From Nemertoderma westbladi (taxonomy: Eukaryota > Animalia > Xenacoelomorpha), in assembly GCA_032718475.1 (NCBI GenBank), contig JAUCBJ010004106.1:1-38412 (forward strand): 38,412 nucleotides of DNA, given 5' to 3'. Below, in pieces: positions 12,472 to 23,902 of the stretch (position 1 is its first letter; every line of letters begins with the position of its first letter). The translations under genes were made by a program, and so were the position numbers. Below the pieces are notes generated by a model, which was not told where the DNA came from, searched no databases, and saw only the letters and a program-made list of their open reading frames with translations.

Positions 12472-13419
12472 TACTATTACTACGGCATGCTGCATTGCAG
12501 CTGCATTTTTAAGAATGCTGTGGCGGCTTATCGACACCGCCACAACTCCCTATCACCCATGACATTTGCTAGATCATCCGCATCTTCAAGGCCAGTGTCC
12601 TTTAAGATGCATCTCAAGAAAGTCATGGGCTGTCCACCATGCTTATTCACTCCATGAGGCTGCCAAAGTACAAGATTATGCACTGGCTGGTCCTCACGGC
12701 GAAAGCAATGTCCTGCAAAGCGGAGCCGATTTTGTTCTAGTGTCAAGCTTGGGGGAACCAATGAGACACCTCCAATGTTATATAGTGTCTGGTTGGAGAT
12801 GTGTGCATTGTTCTTGACACAATGAACCCGGCGTAGCATTCTTGTGAATGTGCCATCCAGAGATTTGGTGTCGTCAGCAGTTAGAGCCCAGCATGGACTC
12901 CCATAGAGGAGTACTGGAACTACTGCTGCTCTAAATAATCGGACCTTACGTTTCCGATTAATTCTCGGTGACTTACAAATCCTGGAAAGCCTCTTCAAGG
13001 CTGCCCATGCCTTTCCCTTACGTATTCGAAGGTCCTCACCTGACTTCTGAATCCATGATCCCAGGTAACAGAAGTCATCCACATGCTCAAGCATACCATC
13101 TTTTGAGCTTATGCTCATCCGATCAGAGACTTGCTGAGGACTTTCAAAGTTAACTGTCAAAATTTTGGTCTTTCTGGAGTTAATAAAAAGACCAACAGTA
13201 GAAGCAGCATGTTCTAATGAGCTGAGGAGCCGTTGGGCTCCCTCTAGTGATTCTGAGAGTACTCCTAAGTCATCAGCAAAGTCTAGATCAGTTAGGTACT
13301 TGAGGCTCCATGAGGCTGCCAAAGTACAAGATTATGCACTGGCTGGTCATCACGGCGAAAGCAATGTCCTGTAAAGCGGAGGCGATTTTGTTCTAGTGTC
13401 AAGCTTGGGGGGAACCAAT
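12472..13419 (-). pseudogene. 5'-truncated RTE-type LINE (family B), RT C-terminal half
   Basis: ORF 12528-13322 has DLDFADD, FCYLGSWI, VLLYGS and RLRFAGH, with a short TAG/TAA tail at 12472. It is a near-identical inverted copy of 17826-18632. Segment 13306-13419 repeats 12650-12762. Confidence 0.9.
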
Positions 13420-13435
13420 TACATCAGGGCGATGA

Positions 13436-14034
13436 TATTATTTCGCATTTTTTCCTTCATTCAAAATCGATCTACTCCGTCCTTTCTTAATCAATTCGTT
13501 TGAAATTTTCAGTGAATGGTCTTGACATTAACCAATAATACTTGTAGACAGAATTTTGAAATTTCGAGTGTAAGTTATATTTTGAGCCGATAATCTGAAA
13601 AAATATCGGCCAAAAATATAACACATTTAGTTCACATTTTTTCATTTTTTTAGTTAACATTAGTCTTCTGATCAATAGCCAATATGTGAATATGTCAAGA
13701 CCATTCACTGAAAATTTCAAACGAATTCATTAAAAATGACGGTGTAGATAGGTTTTGAGTGAAGGAAAAAATGAGAAATTATATTCTGATTTAAATGCAT
13801 GTAAAGTTTAAAACCTTCCAGCGCGAATTGGTTAGTCTCTATGTGACCAATTTCTAATAAACCAGTATAAAAATTTAGAAATCGCTATTTTCATTTATAA
13901 ATTTCCCTAACATATTTAGAAAAACCCTGGAGGGGGGGGGGGGGCAGGTGCCTGAATGACGACAAGATATTTCAGGACATGGTGCATGTAGAGCCTATCT
14001 CATCTATATAAAAACCAATGTCCCCAAATGTGCG
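13436..14034 (+). mobile_element. TA-flanked non-autonomous repeat (copy 2) with internal ~92-bp inverted arms
   Basis: Arms 13436-13530 and 13692-13783 are imperfect reverse complements. The element ends TGTCCCCAAATGTGCG|TA. Confidence 0.65.
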
Positions 14035-14108
14035 TAATGTACAGTATTTCCAATGATATGTTTTTGCTAATATATTAAATATTCTTAACATTCATTGCAT
14101 TGCATTAT

Positions 14109-15173
14109 GTTGGTTCGGACCACTGAATTGTGACTGCAGAGATCCGACTCAGTTTGAGAGCCAGCAAACCCAGGACAAGCAAGCAAATCCACTATGACTG
14201 GGAGAAACTCAGAACTGACAATGCAGTAAAGGATGCTTACACAGTAGAAGTTCAAAACCGCTTTGAAGCACTTCAGTCAATGGATGAAGACCAGTCCACA
14301 GATTTAATATACCAGAATATAATAACAGCCCACAAGGAATCAGCTAAGAGGCATATCCCCCAGAAACCCAAACAAAACAATATGTGCCATGGCAAAACTC
14401 TGAGGTTACTTGTAAGAGAGAAGATCTTAAGATAGCCTGCATTGTTAAAGCCGAACAACCAACAACCAACAACCGAAAACATTAACAAGGTTGAGAAAGC
14501 TAAGGATGATCTTAAATTGGCCTACAACATCAGCCAGGAAAAGTACATACAGGATAAAAGGAGGACAACTGCTCACATACAGCAACTATCAAAACTTACT
14601 GTAAATGAGGCATCTGGTCGGAAAAGTTGTGCAATGGGGCGCTTCAAAGCCGATAGTCATGAAGAACGTGTTGGAAAAATTACTTCAGCAACTTGCTTGG
14701 GCAGCCAACATACATCGAGGTCATCCCTACAAGGAAAATATATGACAAGACACTACCTATAGAAACAGGGGACTTCACACCTGCCGAACTCCAAAGAAGC
14801 ATTAAAAGCATGTCCAATAATAAAGCGAATGGATTAGATGAAATCCCAGCGGAGGTATGGAAAACCGGAGTGCTAAACAGACCATTATTGAATGTTTGCA
14901 ACCGGATGTTAAAAGGGGAAGAGCCACCACCAATTTGGACTAAAGGTCAAATAAAGCCTCTTCCCAAGAAAGGAGACCTCGGCATACTAACAAACTATCG
15001 TGGGATCTGTCTGCTTGTGGTAGCTGCCAAAATATATAATAAAATGATTCTATGATTAGGCCTCACATAGAGAAACTACCTTTAAGAGCCAAAACGGATT
15101 TCGACCAAATAGATAAACAATAGCTCAGATACTTGCACTACGGAGACTGATTGAAGGAATTAAGTCAAAGAAT
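14109..15173 (+). pseudogene. RTE-type LINE fragment (family A): end of APE endonuclease, linker and start of RT
   Basis: Motifs VGSDH, VEVQNRFEAL, KANGLDEIPAEVWK, PLPKKGDL..NYRGI and LRRLIEG, with several stops and frameshifts. Confidence 0.88.
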
Positions 15174-15188
15174 AAATTTCTGAGTTAA

Positions 15189-18100
15189 GAGCCAAGAATC
15201 CAGTTAAGGCTGCATCTAGGTCCCTGAACAGGCAGTACTCTGTTAATTTACAGGAGCTAATAAACCAACAGTTTGATGCCATCAATGATGCTGACGACAG
15301 CAGGCAATCATCCCAGGCATGGAGATCGATCAACTTGCTTGCTGGTCGAAAAAGCCAACCAACCACCAAGGTTAAGGCTGAATCACCAGCCGATCGCCTC
15401 AATGGTTGGAAAGCCCACTTTGAAAAGCTCCTCAATAATGACAGGGCATTGCCTGATAACTTTATAGAAGTAAAAGTGTCTGAGTCTGTACTCCCAGATA
15501 TTCCCATTGGCGATATTTCCTTTGCAGAAGTGAAGGCTGCTGCAAAGAGCATTAAGACCAATCGTGCCAGTGGAGTAGATGGTGTTCCCCCCTGAGGTCT
15601 TTAAAATACCTGAGTGTTTAAAGCTCATCTATCCCATCATAGTAGACATGTACCAAACAACAAGAGTCCCCCAAGAAATGAAAACAAATAAGTTGGTGCC
15701 AGTTCCCAAGAAGGGCAACCTAACACTCTATGGTTCTTTTCGGGGAATCTCATTGATCTTGATTGTTGCAAAGCTATACAATAGAATTCTATTAACCCTA
15801 TTAAACCCGGGGGGGGGGGGGGGGGGGGTCAATATGACCCCCTCGTGGTTTTTTTATTATAATTCTGAAACAAACGCAGTTGAAAATCTGAAATTTTATG
15901 ACGTTTCCTAAAAATCTATTGTCTTCCTAGTAGTGAAAACCGTTTTCAAAAATATTGGGTAGTTTTCGAGTTATAGCACCATTTTTTAACCCTACTTTTG
16001 GCACTTTTTTTGAGACGTTTTTTGAAAATTACAATTAAATTGAATTGTAACATCTCTATTTTTGATTTACACCGGTTTTTTGGTGTTAGCAATTGGATGG
16101 AATTCATATAAATTGATTTAGAAATTTAAAACTTGTTTTTTTCGGCGGGTGCCAAATTTTGGTGCCAGCACCAAATTTTGAAATATGTCAATTTTGTAAA
16201 CTGATTGTTTGAAACTTGTTTTTTACGCAATTGGGGTTTTTTGGGGTTCTGGCTTCGATGAAATATATACGAGTTGCACCAAGCGTATCAAACTTGTATT
16301 TTTCGGTGCTGTGTGGAAATTTTGGTGCTAGCACAAAATTTTGAAAATTCATTCAATAGATAAAATTGCTTGTGACAATTTATTTCTTGCATTTTAAAGG
16401 CTTATGGATGTTCTGAATTCAATGGAATATATAATTATCGAACTAGACATCTCAAACTTGTATTTTTCGGAAGTGGGTGCAAAATTTGGTGCTAGCACCA
16501 AATTTTGAAAACCATCAAGTATATCAATTGATTGTGTCATCTTGTTTCTTGCGTTATACGGGTTTGTTAGGGTTCTGAATTCAATGGAATCAGTAAAAAT
16601 TTCATAAGAGTTTTCAAACTTGTATTTTTCGCCGGTGGGTGAAAATTGTTGTTTTGCACAAAATTTTGGAAAATGAGTAAATTGATCAGTAGATAGTATC
16701 ATCTTGTTTCTTGCGTTATACGGGTTTATGAGGGTCCTGAATCCGATGGAAACAATAAAAACAGCAATGCACATCGCAAACTGGTACTTTTTGGTGATGG
16801 GTACGAAATTTAGTGCTAGCACCAAAATTTGCCAAATTACGCCGAAAAATACAAGTAGCAATGATCTGGCATATTTGAAATGTATTCCATTAGAATCAGC
16901 GCCCAAGAAAACCTGAAAATGTGCATTTATAGCATCGTATAAGTGAATTGAAAATTTTGTGTTCTAACTGAAAAGTGCTGGTTACTTGTTTTTTTCATTT
17001 TTTTCCTACGCATAGAGGACTAAACAGCCATTTATGGTAATCTTATCATTTTTAAATATTTTCCAATGTATTTTGCGCTCCAGAAAACCTGTATTGAAAA
17101 ACAATTAGCCGAAAAATGTAACTTTCAAATTTTGTGAAAATTGTGCACTACTTGTAATTTTGGTGCTGCAATATTACCTCCCCAGTACATTTTTACAAAA
17201 CTTTTTTTTTTCGGTCGGATCCAGACTAGTGATACCTACGTACAAACAAAAAATCAGACGTTTTCGTTAATATTTGTAGATTTTAGAGGGAGGGGTCAAT
17301 ATGACCCCCCCCCCCCCCCGGTATTTGTACAGCATTTTATAGCCCGGTACTAATAGGGTTAAATCGCATCAGGGATCCCATTAAGAGACTGCTCCGTTGA
17401 AATCAGAATGGGTTCCGTAAAGGTCGTGGGACCATGGAGCCCATTTTGGCACTAAGAAGGATAATTGAAGAGTTATCAAAAAAGAAAGACAGGCTTCTGG
17501 CTGTTATCTTTGTTGACTTCTTCAAGGCATTTGATTCAGTCTCTCGCTCACGTATGTTCAGCATACTTTCATTATATGGGATTCCTGATGAAATTATTGC
17601 AGCAATCAGATCAGTATACGATGGTTCGACAACATTTGTGTCTACTGTTGACGGCGACAGAGAACCATTTGAAGTGTTATGGGGCGTCCTCCAGGGAGAC
17701 ACACTTGCACCATTCTTGTTCATAATTGTTGTTGACTATCATCTACGCATGTCCTTAGATCATCATAATGATGATGGGGTGATGATAACTCCACCTAGTG
17801 GCTCCAGAAGTCGAGGAAATCCTGCAAAGTACCTAACTGATCTAGACTTTGCTGATGACTTAGGAGTACTCTCAGAATCACTAGAGGGAGCCCAACGGCT
17901 CCTCAGCTCATTAGAACATGCTGCTTCTAGTGTTGGTCTTTTTATTAACTCCAGAAAGACCAAAATTTTGACAGTTAACTTTGAAAGTCCTCAGCAAGTC
18001 TCTGATCGGATGAGCATAAGCTCAAAAGATGGTATGCTTGAGCATGTGGATGACTTCTGTTACCTGGGATCATGGATCCGGAAGTCAGGTGAGGACCTTC

Positions 18101-18640
18101 GAATACGTAAGGGAAAGGCATGGGCAGCCTTGAATAGGCTTTCCAGGATTTGGAAACTTAAGGTCCGGTTATTTAGAGCAGCAGTAGTTCCAGTACTCCT
18201 CTATGGGAGTCCATGCTGGGCTCTAACTGCTGAGGACACCAAATCTCTCGACGGCACATTTACAAGAATTCTACGCCGGGTTCATTGTGTCAAATTCATA
18301 TGCACACATCTCCAACCAGACACTATATAACATTGGAGATGTCTAATTGGTTCCCCCAAGCTTGACACTAGAACAAAATCGCCTCCACTTCGCAGGACAT
18401 TGCTTTCGCCGTGAGGACCAGCCAGTGCATAATCTTGTACTTTGGCAGCCTCATGGAGTGAATAAGCATTGTGGACAGCCCATGACTTTCTTGAGACGCA
18501 TCTTAAAGGACACTGGCCTTGAAGATGCGGATGATCTAGCAAATGTCATGGGTGATAGGGAGTTGTGGAGGAGCAATTTTGTCGATAAGCCGGCACAACA
18601 TTCTTAAAAATGCAGCTGCAATGCAGCATGCCGATCCTAG
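15189..18640 (+). pseudogene. 5'-truncated RTE-type LINE (family B) interrupted by a piggyBac-like element
   Basis: Motifs RASGVDGVPP, PVPKKGNL..FRGISL, QNGFRKGR, FVDFFKAFDSV, GVLQGDTLAPFLF and FADD. Flanked by 55-bp direct repeats at 15134-15188 and 18641-18695. Confidence 0.92.
15796..17358 (+). mobile_element. Non-autonomous piggyBac-like element, copy 2 (complete, 1563 bp)
   Basis: TTAA TSD at 15792-15795 and 17359-17362. Imperfect TIRs CCCTATTAAACCCGGG / CCCTATTAGTACCGGG. Subterminal GGGGTCAATATGACCCC near both ends. Removing it restores the LINE frame (YNRILLN-RIRD). Confidence 0.92.
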
Positions 18641-18680
18641 TGCACTACGGAGACTGATTGAAGGAATTAAGTCAAAGAAT

Positions 18681-18943
18681 AATATTCTGAGTTAATTGCA
18701 TGTAAAGTTTAGAACCTTTCCGCACGAATTGGTTAGACTCTATGTGACCAATTTCTAATAAACCAGTATAAAAATTTCGAAATCGCTATTTTTATTTATA
18801 AATTTCCTTAACATATTTAGAAAAAAAACCTGGTGGGGCGGGGGGGGGGGGGGCAGTTGCCTGAATGACGACACTATATTCCAGGACATGGTGCACGTAG
18901 AGCCTAACTCACCTATACAAAAACGAATGTCCCCAGATGTGCG
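18681..18943 (+). mobile_element. TA-flanked non-autonomous repeat end (copy 3)
   Basis: Matches 13780-14034 and ends TGTCCCCAGATGTGCG|TA. Confidence 0.65.
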
Positions 18944-19757
18944 TAGTAGTATACATTACATGGCACCGACATCGAGGTCACCCGTAGTCCATCATTACCA
19001 TCCATTTCTGGTACTGCAGCCAATCAGAAGCCACCATTTCATCCGTAACCATGGTAACTTCTCAAGTTCCCGCTTATTCCGCTAGAGGCGTTATTAGTCA
19101 CCCAACGCTAGTACTGCATCCAATCACCAACCTTTATTTTACAGGTGTTCGGGTGTCTACACTTAGCATCAGGTAACTTCTACTATTTTTCAAATCGCAA
19201 TTTTTCACCAACCATTATTTTACAGATGCTAGGAGTGTCTACAGGTAACGTCTACTATTTTTCAAATCGCTATTTTTCACTAGTAACTAAATTTAATTTT
19301 GCAATTTTTCAGATAACAAAATATTCAACAGGGTTCGAACCCGGGACCAATATAACTCCTCACAACTCACCAATCACTCTTCCATCCAACCTCGAGAGAA
19401 AAAGGCGATAAATATCTGAGTTATACCATAGTCATTGAATTCTTCATCTTCATCACTGGTAGCTGATGTTTATAAATAGCTTCTAGTTCCTTAACATAAT
19501 TACTATAGCGTAGAATACATTAATTCGACTATTAATAATAATCGATTTCTTTTATCGATGTAACTGGTCGATCAACTAAGTTGAATATAAGTTAGAATGA
19601 CAGGGCTAGCATTGATCACGTTGCATCTGTTACACGTTACTGCTATTTCACTCTCTAACTCACGCTAATGTAATAAATTTAGCTGTACACGTTGCATCTG
19701 TTACACGAAGCTACTATATTCCTCACTGTAAGTCACTCTGTTTTATTAAAGCAACCA

Positions 19758-19790
19758 TATAAACAGAAGTTTTACATTCTAATAATCATT
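19758..19790 (+). promoter_or_regulatory. Candidate TATA box plus initiator for ORF 19831
   Basis: TATAAA at 19758 and TCATT at 19786. The AT-rich context makes chance matches possible. Confidence 0.4.
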
Positions 19791-19830
19791 TATTTAGTTT
19801 TTATTTCTCAAAATAGTTTTCATTCTAATT

Positions 19831-20874
19831 ATGGATTTATTTAAAAAAACTTCAAGCAATACTTGGAAATTTACATTTAATAAATATACCTGTAGTATTG
19901 TTTATGGCAAGTACTTTATATTACTCTCAAGCGATAGCAATGTAACAACGTGCTTCTCTTACCTGGATACACTCTACCTTCTAGACGTCTTAGAAATATT
20001 AATCAACCGACAAAAGGAATCACCAGTTTCAAGAGGTAATATTTATCCTAATATAGAATTTACAAGAGGAAAGTTAAATATTTCCACCTGTGTTATTACT
20101 GAAAACGTATATATTCAGAAGCAAGGCAAATGTCAAATTCTAAACAAATCACTCATTAATTTATTGCTTCAGAGTAAGACAGAAATATTAGAATTGTTAT
20201 CACCACCACTCGAAATAATAAATCAGTGTTCTGTTGTTAATTTAACCAACCCATCTTTTGTTGGTTTTGTAAGCAAATATAAAGGAACGACTTATATGGG
20301 ACTATGGGAGATTTCAGCTAGATATTCTGATGCTATTGCTCTTAGGTATTATAATGGGTTTAACTTAACAGCATCGGAAGTAAATTCATTGTGGTATGAA
20401 TGGAATTATGAAATTAGTAACGAAGGTGTCTTTTCAGAGCTAGATACGGACGATAAAGCTTTATCTGACCGACTTAAAGTAAAAATAAATGTACAAGAAA
20501 AAAAAGTAATTATTACAGACAAGGAAAGCAAATATTTACAGTTACATTACGATAAAGACATACCATATATAGAGTTTCTCTACGATATGATGTTAAAGGT
20601 TTCATCAACTGATATAGCAGACGGTTTCGCGATTCTATATCAACCAACTTGGAAGTTTAAGGTTAATAAGTCATTTCCAGAAGTAGTTTCATCCACATTT
20701 AATCCAAAGACATACATCGAAGAGACATCGAGTGATAGAAAGCGCAGATCTACATCTCAAACATCTTCCATTCCCAACAATGATTCTATACCTACAAAGA
20801 AAATAAAAGTTACAAAAGCAAGTGAAGAGGTAGCAGATTACAATAAGGAACATATAAAAACAGTATCAGATTGA
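19831..20874 (+). CDS. 347-aa viral ORF with PC4-like (ssDNA-binding/coactivator) domain(s)
   Basis: Intact ATG-to-stop ORF. FVGFVSKYKGTTYMGLWEI...YNGFNLTASEVNSL follows the PC4 pattern VSxFKGxxxIxIRE...KGIxLxxxxW. The basic tail RKRR...KKIK is NLS-like. Confidence 0.55.
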   Translation: MDLFKKTSSNTWKFTFNKYTCSIVYGKYFILLSSDSNVTTCFSYLDTLYLLDVLEILINRQKESPVSRGNIYPNIEFTRGKLNISTCVITENVYIQKQGKCQILNKSLINLLLQSKTEILELLSPPLEIINQCSVVNLTNPSFVGFVSKYKGTTYMGLWEISARYSDAIALRYYNGFNLTASEVNSLWYEWNYEISNEGVFSELDTDDKALSDRLKVKINVQEKKVIITDKESKYLQLHYDKDIPYIEFLYDMMLKVSSTDIADGFAILYQPTWKFKVNKSFPEVVSSTFNPKTYIEETSSDRKRRSTSQTSSIPNNDSIPTKKIKVTKASEEVADYNKEHIKTVSD

Positions 20875-21263
20875 TTTATTATTAACTAGAGACTTTTCTT
20901 TTTCAGTTTCACACTGACTTGTAAAGGTAACTTTTTATCACAAAGCGTGATTATTATAAAGTATTTGCATGTAAAGGTGACTTTATTGAGTAAATATTGG
21001 TGATAGTTTATATTTAATGTGAGCACAGGATTAGGTATAAAACATTCGCATGTAAATGCATGAGTTTACACCACCATAATAAAACATTAGCATGTAAAAC
21101 CTACTTTATCAATGAAAATTAAAAACGCATTATGCACATCTTGGTTTAGACTTGATTTTATTATAAAGAATTCAGTTGTAAAAGCAACTTTATTTATGAT
21201 ATTAGTTTCCAATGTAACTGTTATATATGATTGGTTGGTATAAGTAGAAACTTGAAATATATA

Positions 21264-21298
21264 TATAAAGAGCTCAACTGATTCAATCGAGCTCATTC
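21264..21298 (+). promoter_or_regulatory. Candidate TATA box plus initiator upstream of pPolB
   Basis: TATAAAG at 21264 and TCATTC at 21293, nearly the same spacing as the ORF 19831 promoter. Confidence 0.4.
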
Positions 21299-21426
21299 TG
21301 AAAATATTAAATTAATTAAAGTTTAGATATTATATTTTATTTGTGTTGTGTAGCTTATGAATTTTTTTGATTATATATATAACAATATTCATATTAATTT
21401 TAAATTGTTTTTAGGATAATAAAGAG

Positions 21427-23902
21427 ATGGATAAACAATTGAAATGTCCATTTTGTCCTCTTCAAATTTCTAAACGAAATTATTTAACACATGTGAAATC
21501 TCATTTTGAAGAATACAATTGTTTTAATTGTCGAGTGAAATGTTCACGTGAAGAAATATGTAAACGACATGAAACAACTACAGGATGTAAAGAAATGAAG
21601 TTTTGCGTGTATGAAAAAACTTGCCCTACTTGTAATTAAAGAGTATTTATATGAGAATTACTTACGTCACGACTGTCACCAACGTTATTATCATGTTAGA
21701 CCACCACCACAACGGAACCAAAACAATACTATCGTATCTAGAAAAAGACTGAAATCTGGTCAAGGTTCATCAATTTTTAGCATCGAACGAGCCGCACACG
21801 ATAACCGTTTAGAAATCTATGTTTACAATCTTCCGAATGATGAAGATTTTCCTGATATTCATTCATCATTAATTAAAATTCTACCTCACATCCAAACTTT
21901 ATTATTAGGAAAACTTAGCGAAATGAATGTACTTAGACCCTGGCTAGGTGTGAATATACTCATGTATCGATCACATTTTTCAGAGGGTGATCAAGAAGAA
22001 GCTTTCTATTTTAGTTCTTCAGGTGGTGCAGTTAATACCGTAGATTCACATGAAAGTTTTGACACATGGTTTGAGTATGTATTAGAAAAATTAATGCAAA
22101 AAATAGCCATGTTTAACACTCGTGGCTCAGGGTGGCGTGTTAAATCTTTATTAAGGGTTGAAATTAAAGTAGCTGAATCCAAGTGTAGGTCGTTACTATA
22201 TAAGGGGCATGGATATATGGAATTACCTAAGGCTCTATCAGGTAAACAGTGTGTTATAAATATACAAACGGCTGATAATGATTGTTTTAAATGGGCAATT
22301 ATAGCTACAAAATTTAGTAGCAAAGTGAAGATAAACAAAAACCGTACTTCACAGTACAAAAATTATATGAGTCATTTCATTTTTGACAACGGCAACAAAG
22401 ATTATCCAACAGAATGGCCGCTTGCAATTAAACTTTTTGAAAAACAGAATTCAGCATATATAATTAATTTATTACTCTACGACAACAATCGAGTATCTAT
22501 ATTAAGACAGGCACCATTTAGTAAAATCACTCCAGATAAAGAGTTATTGAATATATTACTTGTAAAAAACAAGAATACGAGTAAACAATCTCATTATGTT
22601 TGCATAACTAACTTGAATCGTTTGATGAATACGAGAGCTCTTCATACTCGTGGTAGGAAATATTGTGAACGGTGTTTGGCGCCTTTCTACACCAATGATG
22701 TTCTAGAACGTCACCGTCTTGCTTGTTATCGAGGAAAAAGTCAAGTTGAGAAGCTACCGTCTGAAGAACTCACATTAGCTTTAGAAATTTAGACAGAACA
22801 TTACCAGCATTGTTTGTAATATATTTTGACATAGAATCTATTTTGGAGCCAGCCACCAACAGTAAATTTATTCAGAATCATATTCCATGCGCTGTAAGTT
22901 ATTTAATTGTTCCTAGTGCCGAATTAATCAATCCGCCAAAATTTTATTTGAAGACCTTTACAAAAACAATCGACAACAACTGTATTCAAGACTTTTTAGA
23001 CTCTGTATATAATGACATCACCCAATTATATAAGTGGTCAGAAACCCACACGAGAGAGAGAATGATACTTAATGATGTAGATAAGTTAAGTTTTTGGAAA
23101 GCTAAAACTTGCTTTTATTGCAATGTTTTATTTAAGGATAAGTCTGAGAAAAACAAACATCACTCACATATTACTGGTAACTATATAGCGGCCGCTTGTA
23201 ACGCATGTAACCGCTCTTTATCGTTGAAACGACACATGTATATACTTGCTGCACACAACTGCAATCTCTACGATTTGCATTTTCTTTTGCAAGTTGGTTT
23301 TACCAACAACCGATATTCCGATTGGGATATAAAGGTAATCCCTAAAAATTCTTAAAGGTATATTTCACTAAGCATGCATATACCAGTGAAAGATGAAAAA
23401 ACTAAGATCGAGCTACGTGTCTTAGACACATATCAATTTTTATCCTTTTCCCTAAGTACTTTAGTTGATTGTTCAACAAAGGATATAGACAGCGAGGATA
23501 TAACATCAGTTCTACCAATTACTGAACAGCAAATGAAATATTTTTATCCAAATTTAAATAATGCAACAATTAAACGAAAAGGTATATTTCCCTACGAGTA
23601 TCTGACAGATTTAAATAAATTCAATGATTCGAAATTACCATCAATAGACAAATTTTATAGTAAATTAACACAAAATACCTGTACACCCGAGGAATATAGT
23701 TTTGCCAACGCATCATGGAGTCAGTTTGACTGTGTGAATCTCAAGGATTATCTTTTAGCATACTTAAAACTCGATGTTTGTCTCCTCACTGATATATTTG
23801 AGAACTTTAGGAGAGTGTGTAGACAAAACTACGAATTAGAAGTAGTTTATTATTGCAGTATCGCAGCTTTCACTTATGATTGCGCCCTGAAATACAATAA
23901 AT
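21427..23902 (+). pseudogene. pPolB: Protein-primed family B DNA polymerase, 5' part (Zn fingers, terminal-protein/vOTU-like region, exonuclease with EndoVII/HNH insert)
   Basis: Motifs CPFC..H, GSGW, DNDCFKWAI..SHY, YFDIES, CFYC..HITG..CNACN, AHN..YD, KGIFPYEY and YLKLDV..DIFENFR. Frameshifts near 21637 and 22778; in-frame TAA at 23353-23355. Confidence 0.93.
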
